Shown here: piece by piece, positions 1 to 8,529 of the stretch
Numbering within the stretch: the stretch's first letter is position 1
How the letters are laid out: each line of letters begins with the position of its first letter
Source of the DNA: Terriglobia bacterium
Lineage (GTDB): Bacteria; Acidobacteriota; Terriglobia; Terriglobales; SCQP01
Direction of reading: 5' to 3'
DNA: 64,000 nt
Assembly (NCBI GenBank): GCA_021323595.1
Contig: JAJPKR010000052.1
Location: forward strand, 28,359 to 92,358
Program-made: the position numbers and the translations under genes
The notes under the pieces: model-generated
Databases searched by the model: none
Told to the model about the DNA's origin: nothing
The model's input: only the letters and a program-made list of their open reading frames with translations

Positions 1-486
1 CGGATGCGAATTGAGCGACGTCGCGCGGCGATAGGTGCTCAGCGCGGGAAACTCGCGCAGCAGGGAATCGAGGTTGACCGGAGCTTGCGCCGCCAGCCGC
101 CCGGCGCCGGCAACTTGCGTCAGGATCGGCACCGCCGTGACCGCCTGGTTGCGCGCCGTGGCCGCCACCGTGACCGACTCCGCCAGCGGCGCCGGCGCCA
201 GCACCCACTGCACCGCGCCCGGCCGCGCCACCTGGCGCGTCAGCGGCGCGAAGCCCCGCGCGCGCACCGTCAGCGTGGCCGGCCATTCGGCAATGGGTAG
301 AAAAAAGCGCCCTTCGGCGTCGGTGGTGGCCCGAACGCCGCCGCCGGACTCTACCTCCGCGCCCGCCACGGGCAAGCCGTCGCCGGAAACCACCACGCCC
401 TGAATTCCCGCCGCCGGGCCCTGCGCCGCCCGCGCGCCCAGCCCCAGCAACGTAACCCCCGCGACCATGAGGGCGGCCCAGCGCAT
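1..486 (-). CDS. TonB-dependent receptor, N-terminal part (runs off the left edge)
   Basis: Manual minus-strand translation from ATG 486: signal peptide [20 protein letters not shown], carboxypeptidase-regulatory-like domain ([18 protein letters not shown]...TTDAEGRF), ESVTVAAT, then plug-like start ([24 protein letters not shown]). Not in ORF track because no stop lies in the window. Confidence 0.75.
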   Translation of the reverse strand, partial: MRWAALMVAGVTLLGLGARAAQGPAAGIQGVVVSGDGLPVAGAEVESGGGVRATTDAEGRFFLPIAEWPATLTVRARGFAPLTRQVARPGAVQWVLAPAPLAESVTVAATARNQAVTAVPILTQVAGAGRLAAQAPVNLDSLLREFPALSTYRRATSLNSHP

Positions 487-521
487 GCCCCAGCCTACCA
501 TCGCCGCCTAAAATGAATGCA

Positions 522-1622
522 GTGTCCGCGCTCATCCTCGGCATCGAAACTTCCTGCGATGAAACCGCCGCCGCGGTCGTCGGCGGCGGCGCGCGCTTAC
601 TGTCGAACGTGGTGTTGTCGCAGGTGCCCGTGCATCGCATCTACGGCGGCATCGTGCCCGAGCTCGCCAGCCGCGAGCACTTGCGCGGCATCGTCCCGAT
701 CGTGCGCCAGGCGCTCGAGCAAGCCGCCTGCGAGTTGCCGCAAGTCGCCGCGATCGCCGCCACCCGCGGGCCGGGGTTGGTGGGCGCGCTCTTGGTCGGC
801 CTTACCTACGCCAAGGCGCTGGCGCGCGCCGCCGGCAAACCGCTCATCGCCGTTCATCATCTCGAAGGCCACATCCACGCCGTGCTCCTCGACCGCCGGA
901 ACCAGGGCCTCCCCGAGCCGCCCTTCCCCGCCGTGGCGCTGGTGGTCTCCGGCGGCCATACGTCGCTGTATTGGGTCGAGCGCGAAGACCAGCGCTTTCG
1001 CTACGAGCTGCTCGGCAAGACCCGCGACGACGCGGCCGGCGAGGCTGGCGACAAGGTCGCCAAGATGCTCGGCTTGGGCTATCCCGGCGGCCCGGTCATC
1101 GATCGGCTGGCGCCGGCCGGCGACGAGCACGCCGTGCGCTTCACGCGCCCCAAACTCAAAGGCAACCCGCTCGATTTCTCCTTCAGCGGCCTCAAAACCG
1201 CCGTGCTGCGCCACGTCGAGACCCACGCCATGGCCGCCGGCATCGCCGCCCGCCGCGCCGCGCTCGGCGCCGGCGCTCCCGACGTGGAGAAGCTCCGCGC
1301 CCTCTGCGATCAGCCCACGCTCGATCTCATCGCCAGCTTCCAATACGCCGTCGCCGCCGAACTCGCCGACAAGACCTTGGCCGCCGCCGAGCAGCGCAAC
1401 GCCGCCAGCGTGCTGCTCACCGGCGGGGTCGCCGCCAACCGCCGCCTGCGCCGCGAACTCGACGAAGCCGGCCGCGCCCGCGGCTTCGAGGTCTTCGCCC
1501 CGCCCATCCGCCTCTGCACCGACAACGCCGCCATGATCGCCGCGGCCGCCTGGCCCCATTTCCTGGCCGGCGATTTCGCCGGCCCCGAGGTTTCCGCCGA
1601 AGCCCAATGGGCGCTGGCGTAG
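522..1622 (+). CDS. tsaD: tRNA N6-adenosine threonylcarbamoyltransferase TsaD
   Basis: [57 protein letters not shown] 522 chosen because TAAAAT lies at 509-514; ATG 513 is the alternative. Confidence 0.97.
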   Translation: MSALILGIETSCDETAAAVVGGGARLLSNVVLSQVPVHRIYGGIVPELASREHLRGIVPIVRQALEQAACELPQVAAIAATRGPGLVGALLVGLTYAKALARAAGKPLIAVHHLEGHIHAVLLDRRNQGLPEPPFPAVALVVSGGHTSLYWVEREDQRFRYELLGKTRDDAAGEAGDKVAKMLGLGYPGGPVIDRLAPAGDEHAVRFTRPKLKGNPLDFSFSGLKTAVLRHVETHAMAAGIAARRAALGAGAPDVEKLRALCDQPTLDLIASFQYAVAAELADKTLAAAEQRNAASVLLTGGVAANRRLRRELDEAGRARGFEVFAPPIRLCTDNAAMIAAAAWPHFLAGDFAGPEVSAEAQWALA

Positions 1623-1712
1623 TGGCGGCGCGGGACCGTGAACTGCGCAATTGACCGCTGGCGGCAATCGTGAATAAATGAGAAATAGCCTCCGTCTCTG
1701 CCCTCGTACTTC

Positions 1713-2414
1713 ATGGCCATCGGTCTCAAGCTGCGTAACCTCCTTTTCGTGATCCATGCCGTGGCGCCCGAGCGCGTGCGCCGCTTTCTCCCCGCCGGCC
1801 TGGAGCCCGACGTGCGCGAAACTCCCGACGGCCCGCGCGCGTTCCTGGCCACCGTGGCGCTGGAGTCGGGCGCCGCCTTCCCCTACGTGCTCACCGGCTT
1901 CCGGCAAGTCAACTACCGCATCTACGTGCGCCATCGCGGCGAGCCGGGCGTGATGTTCTTGCGCTCCTGGGTCTCCTCGCGCACCGCCGCCGCGGCCATG
2001 AGCCTGGCGATTCCTACCGAGCACGCCGACGTGGAAATGGAAATCCAAGACGGCGCGGCGCCCTACAGCCATTTCACCGTGCACGGCCGCTCCGGCGATC
2101 ACGAGTTGGAGCTCGAGGCCCAGGCCGATCCCCAGCCCGCCGCGCTGCCCTACTTCGCCACGGCCGAGGAGGGCTTCGACTTTCTCACCCATCGCCTCAC
2201 CGGCTTCGCCACCGGCCGCAACGGGCTTTCGGTGGTGCGCGTCGAGCATCCCCACATGCATCCCTTGCGCGCGCGCATCGAGGCCAAGCGCGCCGATGAA
2301 TGGACCGCTCAGGGCGTGCTCACGCCCGAGGAGGTCCGCCATCCCCTGCTGGCGCTGATTCAGCCCGAGGTGCAGTTCGACATGAACTTGCCCGAGCGCG
2401 TCGCCGCCTCCTAG
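1713..2414 (+). CDS. DUF2071/YqjF-like protein (acetoacetate decarboxylase-like fold)
   Basis: NLLFVIHAVAPERVRRFLPAGLEPD, QVNYRIYV...GEPGVMFL, FLTHRL, RVEHP pattern; coding-like codon usage. Confidence 0.65.
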   Translation: MAIGLKLRNLLFVIHAVAPERVRRFLPAGLEPDVRETPDGPRAFLATVALESGAAFPYVLTGFRQVNYRIYVRHRGEPGVMFLRSWVSSRTAAAAMSLAIPTEHADVEMEIQDGAAPYSHFTVHGRSGDHELELEAQADPQPAALPYFATAEEGFDFLTHRLTGFATGRNGLSVVRVEHPHMHPLRARIEAKRADEWTAQGVLTPEEVRHPLLALIQPEVQFDMNLPERVAAS

Positions 2415-2423
2415 CCCCGCGCC

Positions 2424-3248
2424 ATGCCGGAAGGGCTCGTTTCGCTGTCACACGGGCCGCTCCATTACCGCCATGCGCCTTGCACGCGCAGCCGCGCCGT
2501 CGCCGTGCTGCTGCACGGCCTGCTCGCCACCAGCTTCGGCTGGCGCGCCACCCTGGCGGCGCTCTCGACCCGCTGTAATAGCTTCGCCCTCGACCTGCCC
2601 GGCCTTGCCGCCTCCGCGCCCTTGCCCGGTTATCGCGCCTCGCTCGCCCGCCTCGCCGGCTGCGTCGCGGAATTTTGGCAGGCGCGCGGCTTGCCGCGCG
2701 GCGTCTTGATCGGCTCCTCCTGGGGCGGCGCGGTCGCGCTCGAAACCGCGGCCCGCTTCCCGCATCTCATTGACCGTCTGGTGCTCGCCGCGCCCCTCAA
2801 TCCCTTCTTTCGCCCCAACTGGCGGCAGCGGCTCTTGCTGCGCCCGCGCCTCGCGCGCTATGGCGCCGAATTGCTGCGGCGCGCGCCCCGCCGCCTCTAC
2901 GCCGCCGGCTTCGCCGCCATGTGGAGCGGCCCGCGCCCGTTGCCCCCGGAGATGCTCGCCGGTTATTGGCGTCCGCTGCGGCAGGCGCGCCTGGGCGCGG
3001 TCGTCGCCGGCATGGTCGCCTCCTGGCACGAAGACCTGCGCGCGCTGGCCGCGCGCCTGCCGGCGATTGACGTGCCTACCTTGCTCATCTGGGGCCGCGA
3101 AGATCGGGTCGTCCCGCCCGACTCCGCCCCCTTGCTCCGCTCCGCCTTGCCGCGCGCCGATCTCGTGTGGCTCCCCGGCGCCGGTCATTTAAGCTTCGAA
3201 GAGCGGCCGGAGGATTTCAACGCCGCCCTCCTCCGCTTTCTTGCCTAG
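2424..3248 (+). CDS. alpha/beta fold hydrolase
   Basis: LLHG, DLPG, GSSWGG nucleophile elbow, PTLLIWGREDRVVP, GAGHLSFEERPEDF. Confidence 0.9.
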   Translation: MPEGLVSLSHGPLHYRHAPCTRSRAVAVLLHGLLATSFGWRATLAALSTRCNSFALDLPGLAASAPLPGYRASLARLAGCVAEFWQARGLPRGVLIGSSWGGAVALETAARFPHLIDRLVLAAPLNPFFRPNWRQRLLLRPRLARYGAELLRRAPRRLYAAGFAAMWSGPRPLPPEMLAGYWRPLRQARLGAVVAGMVASWHEDLRALAARLPAIDVPTLLIWGREDRVVPPDSAPLLRSALPRADLVWLPGAGHLSFEERPEDFNAALLRFLA

Positions 3249-3263
3249 CGCCACCCGCCAGCC

Positions 3264-3863
3264 ATGGGCTCGATTCAGCTCTTCTTCGCGCATTACGGCA
3301 TCTGGGCGGCGGCGCTCTTGCTGCTGCTCGAAAACGCCGGCCTGCCCGTGCCCGGCGAGGTGGGTTTGGTCTACGCCGCTCATCTTTCCCAGCAGGGCAA
3401 GCTCGCCCCCTGGCCCGAACTCGCGGTGGTCGCCTGCTGCGCCTGCATCCTCGGCGACAATTGCGGCTATTGGGTGGGACGCGGCGCGGGCGTGGCCGCG
3501 CGCAACTGGCTGCGCCTCTCCGCCGATCGCGTCGGCTATGCCCAGCGCTACTTCGATCGTTACGGCGCCTTGACCGTCTTCTTCGCCCGCTTCGTGGCCG
3601 GCTTGCGCGTCATCGCCGGCCCCGCCGCCGGCCTCAGCCGCATGGGCTGGCCGCCGTTCTTCCTGGCCAACTCCCTCGGCGCCGGGGCCTGGGTCACCGC
3701 CATCGTGGCCGCCGGCTTCTGGCTGGGCGCGCCGGTCGGCCGCTTGCTCAGCTCCGCGCGCGGCCTTTCGCTCGCCTTGCTGGCCGTCGCCGTGGTCGCC
3801 ATCCTGCTCGCCCTATATAAAATCAGACGGGAGCGCCCCAAGGGAGCCGCGCATGAATGCTGA
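3264..3863 (+). CDS. DedA family membrane protein
   Basis: LENAGLPVPGE, GDNCGYWVGR, YFDRYG..TVFFARFVAGLR. Confidence 0.93.
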   Translation: MGSIQLFFAHYGIWAAALLLLLENAGLPVPGEVGLVYAAHLSQQGKLAPWPELAVVACCACILGDNCGYWVGRGAGVAARNWLRLSADRVGYAQRYFDRYGALTVFFARFVAGLRVIAGPAAGLSRMGWPPFFLANSLGAGAWVTAIVAAGFWLGAPVGRLLSSARGLSLALLAVAVVAILLALYKIRRERPKGAAHEC

Positions 3864-4737
3864 AAGCAATGCCGCCGTGGGGGAATGGACCGGCCCGTTC
3901 CGCCGCGCGCTCGGCGATTGGGAGTTGACCGTCGTCACCGACCGCACCTACACGCTGGATGGCGGCGCGTTCTTCGGCGTCGTCCCCAAAACCCTCTGGC
4001 ATCGCGACGCGCCGTGCGACGAGCGCAACCTCATCCGCTGCGGCCTCAACAGCCTCGTCGCCCGCCGCGACCGCCAGACCGTGCTCATCGAGACCGGCTG
4101 CGGCGACAAGCTCGACGACAAGCAAATGCGCAACTGGAACGTGGACCCGCGCCGCGATTACCTCGAGCGCCTCGCCGCCGCCGGCATCGCCCCCGACCAG
4201 GTGGATGTCGTCATCAACACCCACCTTCATTACGATCATTGCGGCTGGAATACCCTCCGCCGCGGCGACCGCTTCGTCGCCGGCTTCCCCCGCGCTCGCT
4301 ATTACGTGCAGCGCACCGAATGGGAGCACGCCCGGCGCCAGCACGAGCGCGATCGCATGAGCTATCTCAGCCCCAACTACGATCCCTTGATCGAGAGCGG
4401 CCAAATGACCCTCCTCGAGGGCGATCGCGAATTGCTCCCCGGCCTGGAAGTCCGCGTCTTGCCGGGCCATACCCCCGGAATGCAGGCCGTCGTGATCCAT
4501 TCCGCCCGCCAGACCGCCTGCTACATCTCCGACCTCCTTCCCACCCACTGGCATCTCAAACCCACTTGGGTCATGGGATTCGACCTGGATCCGTTGGCCA
4601 CGATCGACAACAAGCATCGCGTGCTTGCGCAAGCCGCGCGCGAGGATTGGCTGCTCGTCTTTACCCACGATCCGGAGCGGCCTTGGAGCCGAGTGGAACG
4701 CGATGGCGAGGGCCGCTACGCTTGGCGGTCGGAATAG
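3853..4737 (+). CDS. MBL-fold metallo-hydrolase (YtnP-like)
   Basis: LDGGAFFGVVPKTLW, THLHYDHCG (HxHxDH), PGHTPG, SDLLPT, WVMGFD, FTHDP. Confidence 0.92.
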   Translation: MNAESNAAVGEWTGPFRRALGDWELTVVTDRTYTLDGGAFFGVVPKTLWHRDAPCDERNLIRCGLNSLVARRDRQTVLIETGCGDKLDDKQMRNWNVDPRRDYLERLAAAGIAPDQVDVVINTHLHYDHCGWNTLRRGDRFVAGFPRARYYVQRTEWEHARRQHERDRMSYLSPNYDPLIESGQMTLLEGDRELLPGLEVRVLPGHTPGMQAVVIHSARQTACYISDLLPTHWHLKPTWVMGFDLDPLATIDNKHRVLAQAAREDWLLVFTHDPERPWSRVERDGEGRYAWRSE

Positions 4738-4910
4738 CAGCGTCGCCCCGCTCCCCTCGTTCGCCATCCGCAAACCGCGCCTGACCCCGCCCGAGCCGCC
4801 GAGCCGGGTGGGAGAGCGACGTCTGCGGCGCTTATCCGCCTGCCGTTGGCAAATCCTACCCACCCCTCTCCGTCCTTAGGCATCCACCATTAGGGGAGAG
4901 AGGAGGAGGC

Positions 4911-5480
4911 ATGAGTACGGTTCGGAATATCGATCGCCGCACGTTCGTGCGCCGCCAAACCGATCAGATGGCCTCGGAATCCGCGCCCGGGCTCGCCGCG
5001 GCTCCCGACCGCTCCATTCAGTGGAATGGCGTCTGGACCGGTTACTTGATCTGGGCTGGCTGCGAAGCGATCCTGCTGGCCTTGGTTCTGGGCCTCGGCA
5101 TGGGAGATCGCGACCCGCTGCAAGCGGCCTCTTGGGGCGCGGCCGGTAAGGCGACGATCGTCTGGGCCATCATCATCACCTGGATTGCCACCTTCATCGG
5201 CTGCTGGATGGCGGCGCGCACCCCCAATAGCCGGAACGGCCGATCCAAGGCGCTGACCCTCTGGGGGTTGATCGAGCTCACGCTCTTGGTGGCCATCGGC
5301 GCCATCGGTCTGACCAGCGTCCGCGCGCCCGGCGCCCTGGGTACGCATTCGGTCGCGGCGAACTTCTTCTGGCTGTCGTTGATCGCCCTCGGCTGCGCGA
5401 TTGGCGGCGGCATTGTCGGCAGTCGCGGCGCCAAGGAAACCCGGAGCTCCAAACCGGTGCAGCCGATGAAGGCAGCTTGA
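4911..5480 (+). CDS. hypothetical membrane protein (short paralog of 5505..6365)
   Basis: Strong RBS GAGGAGGAGG; about four hydrophobic segments; similar to the next gene over its length. Confidence 0.8.
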   Translation: MSTVRNIDRRTFVRRQTDQMASESAPGLAAAPDRSIQWNGVWTGYLIWAGCEAILLALVLGLGMGDRDPLQAASWGAAGKATIVWAIIITWIATFIGCWMAARTPNSRNGRSKALTLWGLIELTLLVAIGAIGLTSVRAPGALGTHSVAANFFWLSLIALGCAIGGGIVGSRGAKETRSSKPVQPMKAA

Positions 5481-5504
5481 TCTACATCGAGAAGGGAGAG
5501 CAGC

Positions 5505-6365
5505 ATGAGCACAGTTCGCAACATTGAACGGCGCATGTTCATTCGCCGGCAGGCCGACCGCGACTTGCAAACCGGCGGCGCGGCCGCGGCGGTGCCCCGC
5601 GCCCGCGAATGGGGCGTCGAGTGGAATGGCATCTGGACCGGCTATATGGTCTGGGCCGGCGTCGAGGCCATTCTCGTGTTCTTGGTCTTGGGAATCGGGT
5701 TCTCCAGCCTCAACCCGCTGCGCGCCTCGTCGTGGGCGGGCGTCGGCCGAGGGTTGGTGATTTGGATCGCGATCATGACCTTCATCGCCACCTATATCGG
5801 CAGCTGGGTCGCCGGCCGCACGCCCCCCGCCACCAAGCAGCACGGCATCGCCAAAGGCATCACGCTGTGGGGCATGATCGTGATCACCATGGTGCTGCTC
5901 GTCGGCTGGATCGCCGGGCAAGCGGTGCAAGTGGCTTCCGGGGCCGTCTCCGGTGTCGCTTCCGCCGCGCCCACCGCCGCCACGACGGGCATCTCCACCC
6001 TGCAAGGCGCTTTGCAGTCGCACGGCATCAACCTGAGCCGCGCCCAGACCACCGACATCGCCGCCAGAATGGCGGCCGGCGATCGCACCGGAGCGGCATC
6101 GACCTTGAGCCGGGATGCCGGCATCAGCAACGCCCAAGCCAATGACATTCTGTCCTCGGTGCAGAGTGGGCCCGTCAGTGCGCTCGGCGGCGCGGCGTCG
6201 CAGGCTGGTACCGCCGCCGGAAGGGCGGTCAAACAGGGAGGCGGCAGCATGGCCTGGGGCTTGTTCTGGATCTCGCTGATTACCCTGGGCTGCGCCATCG
6301 GCGGGGGCGCCACCGGGGGCGGCGGCCTCAAGCGCATCCGTCCGCAGCCGGCGCCGGCTAGTTAA
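5505..6365 (+). CDS. hypothetical membrane protein with Ala/Gly/Ser-rich soluble insert
   Basis: RBS AAGGGAG; WNGIWTG, ATYIGSWVAGR, HGIAKGITLWG, FWISLITLGCAIGGG. Confidence 0.85.
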   Translation: MSTVRNIERRMFIRRQADRDLQTGGAAAAVPRAREWGVEWNGIWTGYMVWAGVEAILVFLVLGIGFSSLNPLRASSWAGVGRGLVIWIAIMTFIATYIGSWVAGRTPPATKQHGIAKGITLWGMIVITMVLLVGWIAGQAVQVASGAVSGVASAAPTAATTGISTLQGALQSHGINLSRAQTTDIAARMAAGDRTGAASTLSRDAGISNAQANDILSSVQSGPVSALGGAASQAGTAAGRAVKQGGGSMAWGLFWISLITLGCAIGGGATGGGGLKRIRPQPAPAS

Positions 6366-6614
6366 ACTTCGGCGCGCTGGCCGCGTGCTGAGACGGCGAG
6401 GGTGTAGGCCGCGTGGCGTCTTGTCGGCGCCACTCGCCCTTGCCCCCGCCGTTTTTGTTTGCGCTCCCGCGCCCCGCGCCGGCCCCGGGGCTCAGCTCCT
6501 GCGACGGTCGAGGGCCGAAGCGATCGCGGCCGCCATCCCCGCCCTGGCCCCAATCCTCGCTGTCCGATCCTCGCCCGCCGGTCCGCGCTCCCCGATCCCT
6601 GCTACCCTTCTCCT

Positions 6615-6914
6615 ATGACCTGCTGGCAATGCGGCCGCGAAATCAAGCTGCTGGCCGCGGAGCGCGTGAGCACCCGCGACACCTGTCCCGGCTGCGATGC
6701 CGACCTGCACGTCTGCCGCAATTGCCGTCACTTCGATCCCACCGCGCACAACGAGTGCCGCGAAGATCAAGCCGAATGGGTGCGGACTAAAGACCGCAAC
6801 AACTACTGCGACTATTTTTCGCCGGTCACCGTTGTCGGCGGCGCCACGCGCGGCAAGACCTCCGCGCCCGAAGACGCCAAGAAAAAATTCGACCAGCTCT
6901 TCGGCAAGCTGTAG
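6615..6914 (+). CDS. small Cys-rich (zinc-finger-like) conserved hypothetical protein
   Basis: CWQC..CPGC..HVCRNC..C..NYCDYF..AKKKFDQLF; TACCCT -10 element 6 nt before ATG 6615. Confidence 0.8.
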   Translation: MTCWQCGREIKLLAAERVSTRDTCPGCDADLHVCRNCRHFDPTAHNECREDQAEWVRTKDRNNYCDYFSPVTVVGGATRGKTSAPEDAKKKFDQLFGKL

Positions 6915-6942
6915 CCCCGCCGCCGCCCCTCCGGCCGCGCAG

Positions 6943-7989
6943 CTACCACCCCAGCCACGTCTCCGCGTTCGTGCGATAAATCTTCTTCAGCACGTCCTTC
7001 GGCAATCCCAGCCCGTAAATGCGCCACCGCCCTTGGCCCGATTCGTGGGTGGGGTAGGGAAAGTATTCGTCCTCGGTTTCGAGAAAGCGATAGTAGAGCC
7101 GGTACATCGCCGGGCTCGGCAGCAGGTCGCTGCCGAAGAGAATGCGATCCGCGTAGCGCAGGAAGAACGCGCGCGCGGTGCGCGGCTGCCGCCCGAGCTC
7201 GGCGGCGCGCGCGGAGAAATCCAGCGCCAGGTTCGGGCAGCGTTCGAGCATCGCGGCCGCGCGCGCCAGATCTTCCGCCGCGCCGCCGACATGGGCGCCG
7301 AGGAAGCGCACTCGCGGATGGCGCGCGATCACCCGCTCCTGCGCGTCCAGCAGCTCTTCCCAGGTGGGAAACTCCGGCCCGTAAAAACTCCATTCCGGAT
7401 GCGCCGCCAGTTCCTCATAGCGTTCGTTGCGCGGATCGATCGGCTGGAAAAAGGCCGCCGGATCGCCGATGTGCAGCATCACCGGAATTTGCAGCTCGCC
7501 CGCCTTCTCGAAAAGCGGCGCCAGGCGCTCGTCATCCACGCGCAGCAGCGCGCCGCGCGCATCGCGCGCGGTCAGACCCAAATCCTTCCACACCTTGAGC
7601 CCGCGCGCGCCTTGCTCGACCCGCCGCTCCAGCTCGTCGGTGATCGCCCTCACGCTCTCGCCGCGCGCCAGCGGCGTCCAATCCGCCAGCACGAAGAGCC
7701 GGTAGCGCTCGGGCGGCGCCGGGCGCGCCCGCCGGATCGCCTCGTCCAGCTCCGCCCCCTTCGCCAGCGAGATGTTGACAATGCGTTCGACGCCGCTGGC
7801 GTCGAGAATCGGCCACAGCTCGGCGAGCGGGATCGAATCCAGATGTGCGTGCGCGTCAATCGCCGGCCATGCCGGGCGCTCGATTTCATGCGCCGCCACG
7901 CGCAACTGCGGCACCGGCTGAAAATCGCTCAACGGCAGGTCGACTCGCGCCGTCTTGCCCACCATTTCCACGAACGGGTCGTTGGCCAT
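6943..7989 (-). CDS. amidohydrolase family 2 protein
   Basis: IDAHAH, GLKVWKDLG, PVMLHIGDP, GAHVG, RILFGSD. Confidence 0.9.
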   Translation of the reverse strand: MANDPFVEMVGKTARVDLPLSDFQPVPQLRVAAHEIERPAWPAIDAHAHLDSIPLAELWPILDASGVERIVNISLAKGAELDEAIRRARPAPPERYRLFVLADWTPLARGESVRAITDELERRVEQGARGLKVWKDLGLTARDARGALLRVDDERLAPLFEKAGELQIPVMLHIGDPAAFFQPIDPRNERYEELAAHPEWSFYGPEFPTWEELLDAQERVIARHPRVRFLGAHVGGAAEDLARAAAMLERCPNLALDFSARAAELGRQPRTARAFFLRYADRILFGSDLLPSPAMYRLYYRFLETEDEYFPYPTHESGQGRWRIYGLGLPKDVLKKIYRTNAETWLGW

Positions 7990-8529
7990 GCACCCCTAGC
8001 CTACTTTGGACAACCATTCGGACCAAAGTGGCATCGCATTCCCAAGGGGCGGTTAACGCGAAGGGGTTCGTGCATTTCAGCCCTGAAACCACGCTCGCAA
8101 AACCGCGCGCCAAAACCGCGCCCTGAAACAGACCGAAGCCGCGATCGCCGGTGATCGCCTCCGTCGCGCCGCGACACACAAGGCCATGCCATCGCCCGCG
8201 CGGCGATTTCGGCAACTTCGCTCACGAGCGCCAGGACCGAGACACCCCCCGTTTGGGGACGAGACCATTTTCGCGCGCGTCTCGACCCCGGAGTCTCGAC
8301 GCTAACATTAAGTAACTAAATGACTTACACGCCGATCCTCGACCCCGTAGCCGCATCGGCTGGTCTCGCCCGTCTCGGGCTGGAAGGCGCTCCTGCACCG
8401 CGAATCGAGCGTCCGGAATTGAACAACCAGTCGCGGAAGCGAACACTTCGAGCGCTGCCGCGCCCGTTATCTGTTCTAGGCTTAGCAACTTACATTGGCT
8501 GCCGGCGTGCATTCGCGGCCTTGAGCGCT

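Noticed and set aside
8320-8529. N-terminal extensions given by the ORF track (also 16760, 20586, 34229, 38212, 39657, 50548, 50615, 60811)
   Set aside because: Homology starts, RBS or -10 positions and gene overlaps point to the downstream start codons used above
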